Shown here one piece after another: positions 1 to 10,387 of a stretch of 64,000 bases of DNA (position 1 is its first letter; every line of letters starts with the position of its first letter). Below the pieces are notes generated by a model. It searched no databases, had not been told where the DNA came from, and saw only the letters and a program-made list of their open reading frames with translations. The stretch covers positions 1-64,000 of the forward strand of contig JAZDJN010000026.1 in NCBI GenBank assembly GCA_043803945.1, read 5' to 3'. Position numbers and translations under genes: made by a program. This stretch comes from a bacterium. Lineage in GTDB: Bacteria; Bacteroidota; Ignavibacteria; UBA10030.

Positions 1-219
1 CCATTCTATTGCACAAACTAAATCTCAAACCCCCTTCCAGGCTTGAAATGAAACTCAAATTGTAGTGTAAACTTTTGACACCTTTTGCCTCTTATAGCTC
101 AGAATCATCGTTTTTTCTTCACAACTGTCGAACTTGGGCTAAGACTAAATATTAACTTGACCACTGCCCGTGATAGACAGTGATCAAGCATTAGAACGTT
201 ACTATGGTTTTTCTTTTCA

Positions 220-3033
220 CTACATGTTGAACTTGACACCTGCATGCATCCACCAGGAATAGAATTCCTGCTGCAGCGGACGGCTTTCCTGCCCCATGTA
301 GTAAATCATGGGTTCTTTGTTTAAGTTGATGACCTCAAGGTACACCTGCAGTCCCTTGTACACCTGCTGACTGGCAGAGAAGTCCATTTGCATGTGTTCT
401 TTGTAAATTCTGTCGTGTTGTGCGTCTGTTCCGACTTCCTCAGTGAATTTACCATTGTAGCTTATACTGAACCGGCCTGTGAATCCAAATTTTTCGTAAC
501 TGATGGAAAAATTGGCAACGTTTGCTGCCTGACCTGGTAATTCCGATCTCTCCAACCGTCCGCCCACATCCGCCGTTGCTTTAGTATAGGCGTAGTTAAC
601 CGATAAACCTAGCCCGTCCCAAAATCCCGGTAGGAACCTCATCTGCTGCTCCCAATTGAATTCGAAACCTATAAGTGTTGAGCTCCCACCATTCACCGGT
701 TGGAAGTAATAATACTTATCGTAAATACCACCTACGAGCCTCTTGGTTTGTGTGAAAATAATGTCGTTTAGCTTTTTATAGAAGACGCCACCGGAAATCA
801 TGCCGCCGGTCTGAAAATAGTGCTCGGCCATCAGGTCGAGGTTGGTCGCAGTGGTCGGTTTCAGCATCGAATTACCCTCACTGATTTCCTCAGCTTCTGC
901 ATCCACATTGCGATAAGGAACGAGATCGTAGAAGTTCGGCCGGGCCAGACTGGACGTGAACGCCAACCGGATGTTGCTCATCGGTGTCAGTTTGTACCGG
1001 ATGTGCGCCGTTGGCAGAAAATTGTTGTAACTGAGTTCCGATTCCATCCCAGTCGTCGATACGTAATCGCCGTTTGCATCCAGAAGAACTTGACTGCTTT
1101 TATTTGTTAGGCTGGTAAACTCATGTCGAACACCTACGAGAAACATCCACTGGTCCATATTCAAGGTATTCATAACATAGTATGCGCCGGTTTTTTCATT
1201 TGCTGTGAAACTTGCAGCTTCTGATGCTTGGTGGTCAATTGCGCCTACGAAACCAGTAGATTTGTCTTTCTGAGACTGGAAATATGATCTGAATTTGCCA
1301 TCAAGAATGCGACCTAGTCTGTAGGTTCCATCCAGTATAGTGGCCTCATCGCCAACAAACTGGGTCATCAGCAGATCGCTGGCACCTTTCCATCCGTAGA
1401 CCCATCGGTCTTGATTCTTCACTTTTTCTCTAATATGCATCTTGCCGCCAACTTTCAATTCAGATGGGAACTCTGCAAGCCTAAATGAATATTTCAAATT
1501 CGCTGAACCCAAAATATCCTTGTCTGTCGCAAGATCGTTATTATATTTGACTGCGTCCAGTTTGAAGTTGTCTGGATTAAACTGATCGTATGCAGCACCT
1601 ACGGTGGTAACATTGTATAACGGTTTATTCGGATTGCTCCTATCGAGCGTTAAGCCAACTTTCTTTATCATAACAAAGTTTGGATCGGTTTCGTCAGCTT
1701 TTTCCGTCTGTCCAAAGTTATATCCGATGGTGTAATCAAGGTTCAGGTTATCCATTTTGTGAATGCCGCCCGCTGAAAGTGCCATTATACTTTGTCTCTC
1801 GAGGCGATCCTTGAGTCCCATGTAAATCTTTGCATCTTTGATGGTGTTTGCATCTGCTTGGAATGTTCCCTTTGAAGGGCGAATATATAGATTACGTCGA
1901 TTTTCGATATCATCACGATTGTTGAACATACCGCGGATGAAGAAATTAATATCTTCGCTAGGGTGGTAATCTAAATTGCCTGCAACATTAAATCTTTCAC
2001 GAGAAATATTATAGTTCCTCATATCAAAGTCAACCAATGTCATAGGAAGGGCAACGCCAGTAGTGGTTGCTTTATCATCATAGGCTGTTTCGACATCCCA
2101 CGTTTCCCTCTTCCACTGATCGTAGTTGCCGGTTACCGCGATACCAAATTTGTCATCTGAGCCGAATTTTGTGCCGTATGTAAAGCCACCTTGCCAGAGG
2201 GGTTTACCAAATATATCGCTGTAGCCACTGCCGGCCTGGATATTAAAAAATGGTTTATCCGAGTCAAAAGCGCTTTTTGTTTTTATGTTCACAGAGCCAC
2301 CGATTGCATCAGCGTCTAGGTCGGGTGTAATGGCTTTCACAACTTCGATGGAAGCTGCTTGACTGGCTGAAATCACGTCCATTCCAACGAAACGTTCCCC
2401 AGGGTCAGGAGCGACGATGCGTTCCCCATTAACAGAAATGGAAGTGAGGCGAGCGTCGGTGCCGCGGATTTGTACGTAACGGCCTTCACCCTGATCGCGA
2501 ACGATCGAAATGCCGGAAATGCGCTGTAATATTTCAGCGGTGTTCAAATCAGGTAACTGCACCATTTGCTCTTGGGAAACAACGCTCAAAATATTATCCG
2601 AAGTTTTTTGAATATTTATGGCTTTAGTTTGTCCTTTTCTCAGTCCGGTTATTTCGACAACTGCCATCTCGACGGCACCAGCCTTGAGCGCCACATTTTG
2701 CCTTACTTTAAGGTTTGAACCATCAACTTTAATATTAATAGACTGACTCACATACCCAATATAGCTCACAACGAGCTCATAAGAACCAGGTGACAGGTTT
2801 GAAAGTCGGTAGTCACCATCTTTATTAGTCGCTGCGCCGATGGAAGTACCCTGGAGCCTCACGTTTGCACCAGGTAAATATTCTTTTGTATCTGCATCGC
2901 TAACTCGACCATAAATTTGTCCATTTGCTTGTGCCAAAACCGTTTGTGGTAAAATCAACAAACAGCTAAAGACAATGCAGTACAGAAGTATTGAGACATA
3001 TTTCACAAATTGATACAATGAATTAGTAACCAT
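220..3033 (-). CDS. TonB-dependent outer-membrane receptor (N-terminal carboxypeptidase-regulatory-like domain, plug, beta-barrel)
   Basis: Signal peptide; GRVSDADTKEYLPGANV N-domain; plug motifs GISIVRDQGEGRYVQIRG and IEVVKAITPDLDADAIGGSVNI; barrel motifs SLARPNFYDL and GNSMLKPT; C-terminal strand AGVKFNM. Confidence 0.93.
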   Translation of the reverse strand: MVTNSLYQFVKYVSILLYCIVFSCLLILPQTVLAQANGQIYGRVSDADTKEYLPGANVRLQGTSIGAATNKDGDYRLSNLSPGSYELVVSYIGYVSQSINIKVDGSNLKVRQNVALKAGAVEMAVVEITGLRKGQTKAINIQKTSDNILSVVSQEQMVQLPDLNTAEILQRISGISIVRDQGEGRYVQIRGTDARLTSISVNGERIVAPDPGERFVGMDVISASQAASIEVVKAITPDLDADAIGGSVNIKTKSAFDSDKPFFNIQAGSGYSDIFGKPLWQGGFTYGTKFGSDDKFGIAVTGNYDQWKRETWDVETAYDDKATTTGVALPMTLVDFDMRNYNISRERFNVAGNLDYHPSEDINFFIRGMFNNRDDIENRRNLYIRPSKGTFQADANTIKDAKIYMGLKDRLERQSIMALSAGGIHKMDNLNLDYTIGYNFGQTEKADETDPNFVMIKKVGLTLDRSNPNKPLYNVTTVGAAYDQFNPDNFKLDAVKYNNDLATDKDILGSANLKYSFRLAEFPSELKVGGKMHIREKVKNQDRWVYGWKGASDLLMTQFVGDEATILDGTYRLGRILDGKFRSYFQSQKDKSTGFVGAIDHQASEAASFTANEKTGAYYVMNTLNMDQWMFLVGVRHEFTSLTNKSSQVLLDANGDYVSTTGMESELSYNNFLPTAHIRYKLTPMSNIRLAFTSSLARPNFYDLVPYRNVDAEAEEISEGNSMLKPTTATNLDLMAEHYFQTGGMISGGVFYKKLNDIIFTQTKRLVGGIYDKYYYFQPVNGGSSTLIGFEFNWEQQMRFLPGFWDGLGLSVNYAYTKATADVGGRLERSELPGQAANVANFSISYEKFGFTGRFSISYNGKFTEEVGTDAQHDRIYKEHMQMDFSASQQVYKGLQVYLEVINLNKEPMIYYMGQESRPLQQEFYSWWMHAGVKFNM

Positions 3034-3341
3034 GATTACTTCCTCCTAAATTAGTTATGGTATTTATGAGGTTTATGAATCATATCCTTTGAATATTCTG
3101 AGTCGGGACTAACAATCGAAAAAATATTTTACCGTTGTGTAAGTAAACCATGTCTATATATTCCTGGTTGAGAGAAGATAAGTCACAGGATTTATTCGAT
3201 GTGGATAAGTGATGAATGTCCCTTTCATATTATATTAAGAAGACTAAACACGATTTATTTCAAGGGGTCAGTAGAAAATTGATTTACTGCACCGTGAGCA
3301 TACAATAATATTAAAAGACTCAACCAAAACTATGAATAGCG

Positions 3342-4421
3342 TTATCGTTGGGCTACAGAATCTCTTTCGACCAAGTAAGAAGTAAGTATAATAGATTTTG
3401 GATCGTGCGTTGCCCCAAGAATTCTTGAACTAATAAGTTTCATACTCTCCACACCCATTTCGTAAATAGGCTGGTGCATCGTCGTTAGTGGTATTGCGGG
3501 AAGATTCAGATCATCGTAGCCAACGATGGAAAGGTCGTGAGGAAAAGCAAGATTCATCTCTTTGGCAACCGAATAGAATGTAAGAGCAATTCTATCATGA
3601 CCTGCAAAGACCGCATTGATATTCTTGCTTCGTTTTAGAATTGAGCGTGCGTATTGAGAAAAATGTTCTTCGTTGAACGGTCCTGAATGACTTACGACTA
3701 TAGAAGGATCAAGTTGAATCTTTCTGTCTTCCAATGCTTTTTTATATCCTTCAAAACGAAACCGCTCAGCACTCGAGCTATTACCAAACACCATCGCGAT
3801 TTTTCTATGCCCTTTGTCGAGTAGATAATTCGTAAGTTTATAAGCGCCATCAAAATTATCAGTTGTTACTTGATCGGATTCTATGTCGGAGATAGTGCGA
3901 TCTGCAAGTACAACTGGAATATTTTTTTCTTTAAACTTTTGAATAATTATTTTATTCTTCTTGTCAGGCGATGCGGTAGGGACATAAATGACACCACAAA
4001 CATAATTTTCAATCAATCTGTTTGCATGAAACTCTGCCTTAATGAAAAGATCATCCGAACTACAAAGTATCACACTTTGTTTGCTCTTCGATGCTGTGTC
4101 TTCAACACCTCGAGCTAACTCAGGTGCATATCCACTGCGGATATCGGGAACTATCAATCCTATGATCGCTTGTTTCTGGTGACCCAGCTGAGGAATTGTA
4201 ACGAATGTGCCTAATCCTTTTTTGCGTGTGAGATATCCGAGGTTAGCAAGATTTTGAAGGGCTTGCCTTATTGTTGCTCGAGCCAGACCTGTCATTTGTA
4301 CAAATTCTGCTTCGGTAGGAATCCTATCATCAAGCTTAAATACTCCCTGTTCGATCTGTTCCTCAAGCCACGTCTGCAACTGAAAGTACTGGGGTATCGG
4401 ACTATTCTTATCGATTATCAT
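3342..4421 (-). CDS. GntR-HTH / LacI-type sensor hybrid transcriptional regulator (AraR-like)
   Basis: Likely start ATG at 4421 (MIIDKNSPIPQYFQLQ); GntR wHTH RIPTEAEF...RATIRQAL...GLGTFV, followed by a periplasmic-binding fold ending LSIVGYDD...LTTMHQPIYEMG. Confidence 0.9.
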   Translation of the reverse strand: MIIDKNSPIPQYFQLQTWLEEQIEQGVFKLDDRIPTEAEFVQMTGLARATIRQALQNLANLGYLTRKKGLGTFVTIPQLGHQKQAIIGLIVPDIRSGYAPELARGVEDTASKSKQSVILCSSDDLFIKAEFHANRLIENYVCGVIYVPTASPDKKNKIIIQKFKEKNIPVVLADRTISDIESDQVTTDNFDGAYKLTNYLLDKGHRKIAMVFGNSSSAERFRFEGYKKALEDRKIQLDPSIVVSHSGPFNEEHFSQYARSILKRSKNINAVFAGHDRIALTFYSVAKEMNLAFPHDLSIVGYDDLNLPAIPLTTMHQPIYEMGVESMKLISSRILGATHDPKSIILTSYLVERDSVAQR

Positions 4422-4425
4422 AATG

Positions 4426-4443
4426 TGTCTATATGTATAGACA
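4426..4443. promoter_or_regulatory. Candidate operator palindrome TGTCTATA-TG-TATAGACA
   Basis: Perfect 8-bp inverted repeat just upstream of the regulator start; the same half-site recurs at 3151-3158 and 4571-4578; GT..AC arrangement is typical of GntR operators. Confidence 0.6.
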
Positions 4444-4664
4444 AATATACATATGTTATAAATGTATGTCAAGTTATATTTTGTAATAGAAGCATTGAAA
4501 GACAATGAATATATCGTCTAATGGCATTGATTAAATATATTGCGGATGAAATCTCAGCTTATTATATTAGTATAGACAAATAGACAATAGAACAAACAAG
4601 AGTATACGTGTGTATATATGATCCCATTCAATACACGCTAGCTAAACAATAATCTGGAGGATAA

Positions 4665-5699
4665 ATGAAAGCCCTAGCTTATAAGGAAATTGGAAAAATT
4701 GCGCTAGAAGAACGATCTGTACCAAAAATTACTTCACCTGAGCAAGTGTTGCTCAAAGTGCTTGCGTGTGGAATTTGCGGGACGGATGTCAAAATATTAG
4801 AGGGAAAACACCCAGTTGGTAATAATACTATCTTAGGTCACGAATTCGTAGGCGAAGTTGTCGAGATAGGCGGTAAAGTTTCCACGCTGAATGTTGGAGA
4901 ACGCGTTGCTGTCGATAACAGCCTGCGCTGTGGTCTATGTGAGTATTGTAGAACGGGAAATAGCAGTCAATGTAATTGGCTGAAAGATAAATCCATCGGA
5001 ATTTTTCAAGATGGAGGATATGCCGAGTACTGTGTCTTACCCGAAAACGCATGCTACAAGGTACCTGACGAATTGAATGATATTGTCGCGACACAAGTTG
5101 AGACGCTTGGTACAGTTTTAAACGGGATGAATATCGTTCAAATGCAGCCTTGGGACTCCGTTGTAGTAATCGGTTTTGGTCCCATTGGATATTTGTTCTC
5201 GGCGCTTGCAAAAAATATTGCTGCTCGAGTTATGGCTCTCGAAATTGATGACTTTAGAATTAAGGTTGCAAAAGAATTGGGCGTTCCCGTCTTCAATCCG
5301 GATGATACTGACATAGAGAAACAAGTAATGAGTTTTAGCGATGGCAAAGGTGCCGAGATTGTAATTGATGCAGTTGGCACTCAATTAGAAAACGCTATCA
5401 AATATGTTGCTCCCGGAGGCAAAATATTAGCGTTTGGTATGGATAGCAGTGTCAAAGCCACAATCGTACCAAATACCATTACACGAAAAGCAATAAGAAT
5501 ACTCGGATCTTATATAGGGCAGAATACTTGTCTCTCAGCAATTAAGATATTGCAGTCGGGAAAAATAAATATGATTCCATTCTTTACTGAAGTAATTAAG
5601 TTAGAAGAAGGGGTAGGAGCCTTCAATAAATTGGGTTTAGATCTTAAGACTCAAAAGCAGATACCTAAACAAGCTATGAAGATAGTACTCAAACCGTAA
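4665..5699 (+). CDS. Zn-dependent medium-chain dehydrogenase (polyol/sugar dehydrogenase-like)
   Basis: ACGICGTD, GHE, structural Zn CGLCEYC...C, GFGPIG Rossmann motif; GGAGG RBS. Confidence 0.9.
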   Translation: MKALAYKEIGKIALEERSVPKITSPEQVLLKVLACGICGTDVKILEGKHPVGNNTILGHEFVGEVVEIGGKVSTLNVGERVAVDNSLRCGLCEYCRTGNSSQCNWLKDKSIGIFQDGGYAEYCVLPENACYKVPDELNDIVATQVETLGTVLNGMNIVQMQPWDSVVVIGFGPIGYLFSALAKNIAARVMALEIDDFRIKVAKELGVPVFNPDDTDIEKQVMSFSDGKGAEIVIDAVGTQLENAIKYVAPGGKILAFGMDSSVKATIVPNTITRKAIRILGSYIGQNTCLSAIKILQSGKINMIPFFTEVIKLEEGVGAFNKLGLDLKTQKQIPKQAMKIVLKP

Positions 5700-5764
5700 A
5701 GTCTCGGGTTGACTTAGATTGATCACTTTGATTAATTCCCAGTATGCTATGATAATGGAATTAT

Positions 5765-7117
5765 ATGAGAAACGTATTCAAGTTTTTTGCGGCAGGCGAA
5801 GACGCACCACTTATAGATGATGAAAGGCGTGTAAAATCTCTCTATAACAAGTACCGATGGCAAGTAATGGTAGCCATCACGATTGGATATGGAGTTGTAT
5901 ACACCTGTCGGCTTGCTCTATCGGTTGTTAAAAAACCTTTGATAGATAGTGGAATATTTTCCGCTGAAGACTTAGGGATCATTGGTTCCTCTCTATTCTA
6001 TACGTATGCTTTTGGAAAACTTACGAATGGATTCCTCGCTGATCATTCCAACATAAAAAGATTCTTTTCTTTTGGCGTTCTGGTTTCTGCTTTGATCAAC
6101 ATAGCCATGGGGTGGACTAATCTTTTATGGGTGTGGGTTGTCCTTTGGGGGCTTAACGGATGGTTCCAGGGTTTTGGTGCACCGGCAGGAATGGTTTCCT
6201 TGGCTCAATGGTTCAGCAACAAAGAAAGAGGACGCAGGTACGGAATATGGAGCACTGCCCACTCCTTAGGTGAAGGATTAACCATGGTCGGAGTAGCAGC
6301 GCTTGTTAGTTTCTTTGGTTGGCAGGCTGCATTCTTGGGCCCTGGCACGACCTGTATCGTTGTTGCTATTTTGATTTATATGTTTATTCAAGATCGTCCG
6401 AGAACATTAGGCTTGCCCTCGATAGCAGATTGGAAAAATGATCACGGTAATCCAGTGCTTAATGCAGAAGGACAGCCACCAAGTGTCTGGGAATTACAGC
6501 GTTCCATTCTTAAAATTCCTTCTATTTGGATCTTAGCGCTATCAAGTGCAAGTATGTATATCACTCGATATGCATTAAATAGTTGGGGTATCCTTTATCT
6601 TCAGGAAGTCAAGGGTTATACGCTTATGGAGGCCGGAAGCATGTTGGGTTTAAACACGATTGCCGGCATTCTTGGTTGCCTTGCGTACGGCTATGCATCC
6701 GACAAACTATTTCATGCGCGACGTCCACCGGTAACTTTAATAGTCGGTATCTTAGAAATTTTTGCTCTGATTGTGATTTTCTATATGCCACCAGGTCATT
6801 CGACGCTGTTAACACTTGCCTTCCTTCTCTACGGCTTTTCTTTGAATGGTTTAGTAACAACGCTCGGTGGTTTATTCGCCACAGATATTGCACCGAAGAA
6901 AGCAGCAGGTGCTGCGATGGGATTTATTGGCGTATTCAGTTATCTCGCAGCAGCCACACAAGAGCGTATTAGCGGATTTTTGATTGAAAAAGGAACAATT
7001 GTAATCGATGGTGTGAGACACTATGATTTCAGCGCTGCTATTGTATTCTGGGTTGGGGCATCTGTAGTTTCTCTAATTCTTGCAACTTCGCTATGGAATG
7101 CCAAGGTGAGTGACTAA
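5765..7117 (+). CDS. MFS organophosphate:Pi antiporter (GlpT/UhpT/UhpC family)
   Basis: YRWQVM..YTCR, YAFGKLTNGFLAD, WFSNKERG..WSTAHSLGEG, DIAPKKAAGAAMGFIGVFSY motifs; about 12 TM segments. Confidence 0.9.
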   Translation: MRNVFKFFAAGEDAPLIDDERRVKSLYNKYRWQVMVAITIGYGVVYTCRLALSVVKKPLIDSGIFSAEDLGIIGSSLFYTYAFGKLTNGFLADHSNIKRFFSFGVLVSALINIAMGWTNLLWVWVVLWGLNGWFQGFGAPAGMVSLAQWFSNKERGRRYGIWSTAHSLGEGLTMVGVAALVSFFGWQAAFLGPGTTCIVVAILIYMFIQDRPRTLGLPSIADWKNDHGNPVLNAEGQPPSVWELQRSILKIPSIWILALSSASMYITRYALNSWGILYLQEVKGYTLMEAGSMLGLNTIAGILGCLAYGYASDKLFHARRPPVTLIVGILEIFALIVIFYMPPGHSTLLTLAFLLYGFSLNGLVTTLGGLFATDIAPKKAAGAAMGFIGVFSYLAAATQERISGFLIEKGTIVIDGVRHYDFSAAIVFWVGASVVSLILATSLWNAKVSD

Positions 7118-7133
7118 GATGTATGGAGATCAA

Positions 7134-8045
7134 ATGGTAAGTAAATCAAAATTGTACGACATAGTAATTTTTGGCAATTATACAAAAGACACCATCATTA
7201 CGAACACGGGAATAAGATACTTGGATGGTGGTGGATTCAATTATGGAGCGCATGCTGCCAAGATGCTAGGACTAAACGTCGCTGCAGTAACTCGTTTAGC
7301 AAAAGAAGATCGTCGCGTCGTAGACAAATTGGAAAAGATCGGCGTGGATGTTTATCCTTTCTTCACGCCTTCTTCCACCCACATGGTATTGGAATATCCA
7401 ACTTCTGATCCAGATGATAGAATATTAAGAAGCCCTGTAACTGCCGGTTCATTTACTGATGATCAATTTGACGGATTGGATGCAAAGGCTTTCTTAATGA
7501 GCGGATCCATTCGCGGTGAAATCCCCTATGGTGTCGTGACAGCGCTTCGCAAAAAGAGCGCTTTGCTTGTTGCAGACCTGCAAGGCTTTATTCGTATCAT
7601 CGCACCGGATAACAGACTCCTGCACGCTCCTTGGCCAGAAAGGGATAAATATCTTGCTTTGATTGATGTGTTAAAAACAGATTCAGTTGAAGCAGAATCC
7701 TTAACGGGCGAATCGAATTTCAAAAAAGCTGCTACGATGATCTCAGAGCTTGGGCCCAAGGAAATTGTTCTAACCCATAAAGATGGAATTCTCGTTCTTG
7801 CAGAGAATAAGTTTTATGAAGCGAAGTTTCACGCTAAAAGTTTGGTGGGACGCAGCGGCAGAGGAGATACTTGCATCGCTTCCTATATGGCGAAACGACT
7901 AACTGAGCCTCCTGAGGCTGCGATTGTTTGGTCTGCTGCTGTCACAAGTTTGAAGATGGAACGTGAAGGTCCCTTTTTGCTAAGTGTTGAAGATGTTCGA
8001 TCACTCATTGAAGAAAAGTATACTTATCCCGTTTCACCAAAGTGA
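7134..8045 (+). CDS. PfkB-family carbohydrate kinase, candidate inositol kinase
   Basis: GNYTKD..GGG N-terminal motif and GRSGRGDT variant anion-hole motif; iol operon context; start 7134 chosen from GGAG RBS (ORF track starts 7110). Confidence 0.8.
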   Translation: MVSKSKLYDIVIFGNYTKDTIITNTGIRYLDGGGFNYGAHAAKMLGLNVAAVTRLAKEDRRVVDKLEKIGVDVYPFFTPSSTHMVLEYPTSDPDDRILRSPVTAGSFTDDQFDGLDAKAFLMSGSIRGEIPYGVVTALRKKSALLVADLQGFIRIIAPDNRLLHAPWPERDKYLALIDVLKTDSVEAESLTGESNFKKAATMISELGPKEIVLTHKDGILVLAENKFYEAKFHAKSLVGRSGRGDTCIASYMAKRLTEPPEAAIVWSAAVTSLKMEREGPFLLSVEDVRSLIEEKYTYPVSPK

Positions 8046-8127
8046 TCTTGTTTTTTAAGATCGACCTTGTTGGCGAAACGTATATAGTTACATACTATTG
8101 GATTTTTTATAATAGAAGGAAGTCAAA

Positions 8128-9141
8128 GTGAAAAAAAAGATCAATGTCGGTTTAATAGGTGCCGGAAGATTAGGCACTATGTACGCTGAATTTCTAACCA
8201 CAAGAGTTGCAACGGCAAATCTTGCTGCAGTTGCAGACATTATTCCAAAAAGAGCGACAGAATGCTCTGAGAGATTCGGTATCCCCAAAGCTTACTTCAG
8301 TCATCAAGAAATTAATGATAATATAAATCTTGACGCAGTTATTATTACCGCTACAACCTCTAATCACAAAGATATAGTTATTGATGCGGCGAAGAAAGGG
8401 AGACCAATCTTTTGTGAAAAGCCAATGACGTTAAACTTGGATGATGCAAGAGAGATGAAAACCACTATAGAAAATACAAGTATCTTCTATCAACAAGGAT
8501 ATATGAGAAGGTTTGATGCCGGCTTTGCTGCAGCTAAGAAGAAGATTGAAGAAGGTGTAATTGGAAGACCAGTTGTTTTTCGTGGCTCTTCAAGAGACCC
8601 CTATTTGCCAACATTGGAATATCTCTCTCCACACAATAGCGGTGGCCAGATTTTAGACATGGCGATTCACGACATAGACATTGCACGATGGTACATGGGA
8701 GAAATATCATCGATATATTCTATTGGTGGTGTATTGGCTTTTCCGGAAGTTGGGCCGACAGGTGATACAGATAATGTGATTATGTCCTTCAAATTTAACA
8801 GCGGATGTTTAGGTGAAATTGATATCAGCAGAAATGGGGTGTATGGATATGATATTCGCGCTGAAGTTCTTGGAACAAAAGGAACACTCAAGGTCGGCTA
8901 TCTGAGAGAGACACCAATACTGGTAATGACGAAAGAGGGCGTTACACACGATGTGGTGCCATATTTCCCGGAAAGATTTTGTGACGCGTATGTTGCTCAA
9001 CTAAATGATTTCTTGAATAATCTTGAAAAGAACCTGCAACCGATGATTACTATTGATGATGGAATTGCCGGCCTTCAAGTTGCTGTTGCCGCGACAGCCT
9101 CTTTAATAGAAAATAAAATCGTAAGTGTAAAAGATTTTTAA
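8128..9141 (+). CDS. iolG: myo-inositol 2-dehydrogenase (Gfo/Idh/MocA)
   Basis: GLIGAGRLG, FCEKP, GYMRRFD, SRDP, SGGQILDMAIHDID and GYDIRAEVLG motifs typical of IolG; next to iolMNO. Confidence 0.8.
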   Translation: MKKKINVGLIGAGRLGTMYAEFLTTRVATANLAAVADIIPKRATECSERFGIPKAYFSHQEINDNINLDAVIITATTSNHKDIVIDAAKKGRPIFCEKPMTLNLDDAREMKTTIENTSIFYQQGYMRRFDAGFAAAKKKIEEGVIGRPVVFRGSSRDPYLPTLEYLSPHNSGGQILDMAIHDIDIARWYMGEISSIYSIGGVLAFPEVGPTGDTDNVIMSFKFNSGCLGEIDISRNGVYGYDIRAEVLGTKGTLKVGYLRETPILVMTKEGVTHDVVPYFPERFCDAYVAQLNDFLNNLEKNLQPMITIDDGIAGLQVAVAATASLIENKIVSVKDF

Positions 9142-9176
9142 TCCATGGTATCAATATCAAATTGATCGGAGTCGTG

Positions 9177-10364
9177 ATGAGAACGGTATCATTATTTGCA
9201 AAATGGGATCCTAAACCGGGCTTTATTCTTGGGAAAAAGGATATCGAAGGAAAGCTGACTTATTTGGGAAGTAAAGTCTGGCACAATCCTTATATCAAGA
9301 TAGTCGAAAAAGAAGTGAGAGAACCGGGCCCTACTGAAGTACTCATCGAAGTAAAAGCCTGTGGGATATGCGGCAGCGATGTTCATATGTATCAGACAGA
9401 TAACGATGGTTACATTTTTTATCCCGGTCTAACGGCGTTTCCGTCTGTTTTAGGACACGAATTTGCCGGACAGGTTGTAAAAGCCGGGGAAAAAGCAATC
9501 AATAAGAGGACAAACAAAAAATTCGATATAGGCGAAGCAGTCTGTGCGGAAGAAATGATGTGGTGCAGTTATTGCAGGCCGTGTTCAGACGGATATCCCA
9601 ACCATTGTGAGAACCTGCAGGAGATCGGTTTTTCAATCGATGGCGCTTATGCAAAGTATATAGTCGTTGACTCAAGATACCTTTGGAGTATCGAGGATTT
9701 TAGAAAGCCATACGGCGAAGAAAAAATGTGGCTGCTCGGCAGTTTAGTTGAACCGACCTCTGTTGCTTACAATGCAGTTATTATCAGGGGTGGCGGAATA
9801 CTCCCGGGCGAAAATGTTGTTATACTTGGTGGAGGTCCAGTAGGTGCCGCAGCTTGTGCAATATTAAAAAGAGCGGGTGCAAATGCAGTTATACTTTCAG
9901 AACCCTCCGAAGCGAGAAGAAAAATGGCACTATCGATAGGAGCTACTCATGTTATTGATCCAAAAACAGAAAATGTTGCAGACGCTGTTCTTCGTATTAC
10001 CAACGGGCATGGAGCAAAAATAATTTTGGAGGCAACCGGATTACCAAGCATAGTGTGGTCAGACGTAGAGAGAATTATTTGGGAAGGAAGGGCCGTCAAT
10101 ACGACGGTAGTAGTAGTAGCCCGCGCAGACGATAGAATTCCATTGAATGGTGAAGTTCTCCAGGTAAGACGTGCAAATGTTGTCGGCTCTCAGGGACACT
10201 CGGGTCATGGAATATTCCACAATGTTATTAGCTGCATTTCTTCCGGCATGGATATCTCTCCGATTGTCACGAAAAAAATTCAGTTAGACCAGATTGAAGA
10301 AAATCTGAAAAAACTTCAAACCGACAGAGATGAAGTAAAGATTACTTTAATAAATTTTGATTAA
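9177..10364 (+). CDS. iolM: scyllo-inosose 3-dehydrogenase (Zn-MDR)
   Basis: Diagnostic N-terminus AKWDPKPGF.LG.KDIEGKLTYLGSKVW and GSQGHSGHG match the Thermotoga IolM family as I recall it. Confidence 0.88.
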   Translation: MRTVSLFAKWDPKPGFILGKKDIEGKLTYLGSKVWHNPYIKIVEKEVREPGPTEVLIEVKACGICGSDVHMYQTDNDGYIFYPGLTAFPSVLGHEFAGQVVKAGEKAINKRTNKKFDIGEAVCAEEMMWCSYCRPCSDGYPNHCENLQEIGFSIDGAYAKYIVVDSRYLWSIEDFRKPYGEEKMWLLGSLVEPTSVAYNAVIIRGGGILPGENVVILGGGPVGAAACAILKRAGANAVILSEPSEARRKMALSIGATHVIDPKTENVADAVLRITNGHGAKIILEATGLPSIVWSDVERIIWEGRAVNTTVVVVARADDRIPLNGEVLQVRRANVVGSQGHSGHGIFHNVISCISSGMDISPIVTKKIQLDQIEENLKKLQTDRDEVKITLINFD

Positions 10365-10387
10365 TCAGAATTTAAATAGGAGCAAAT

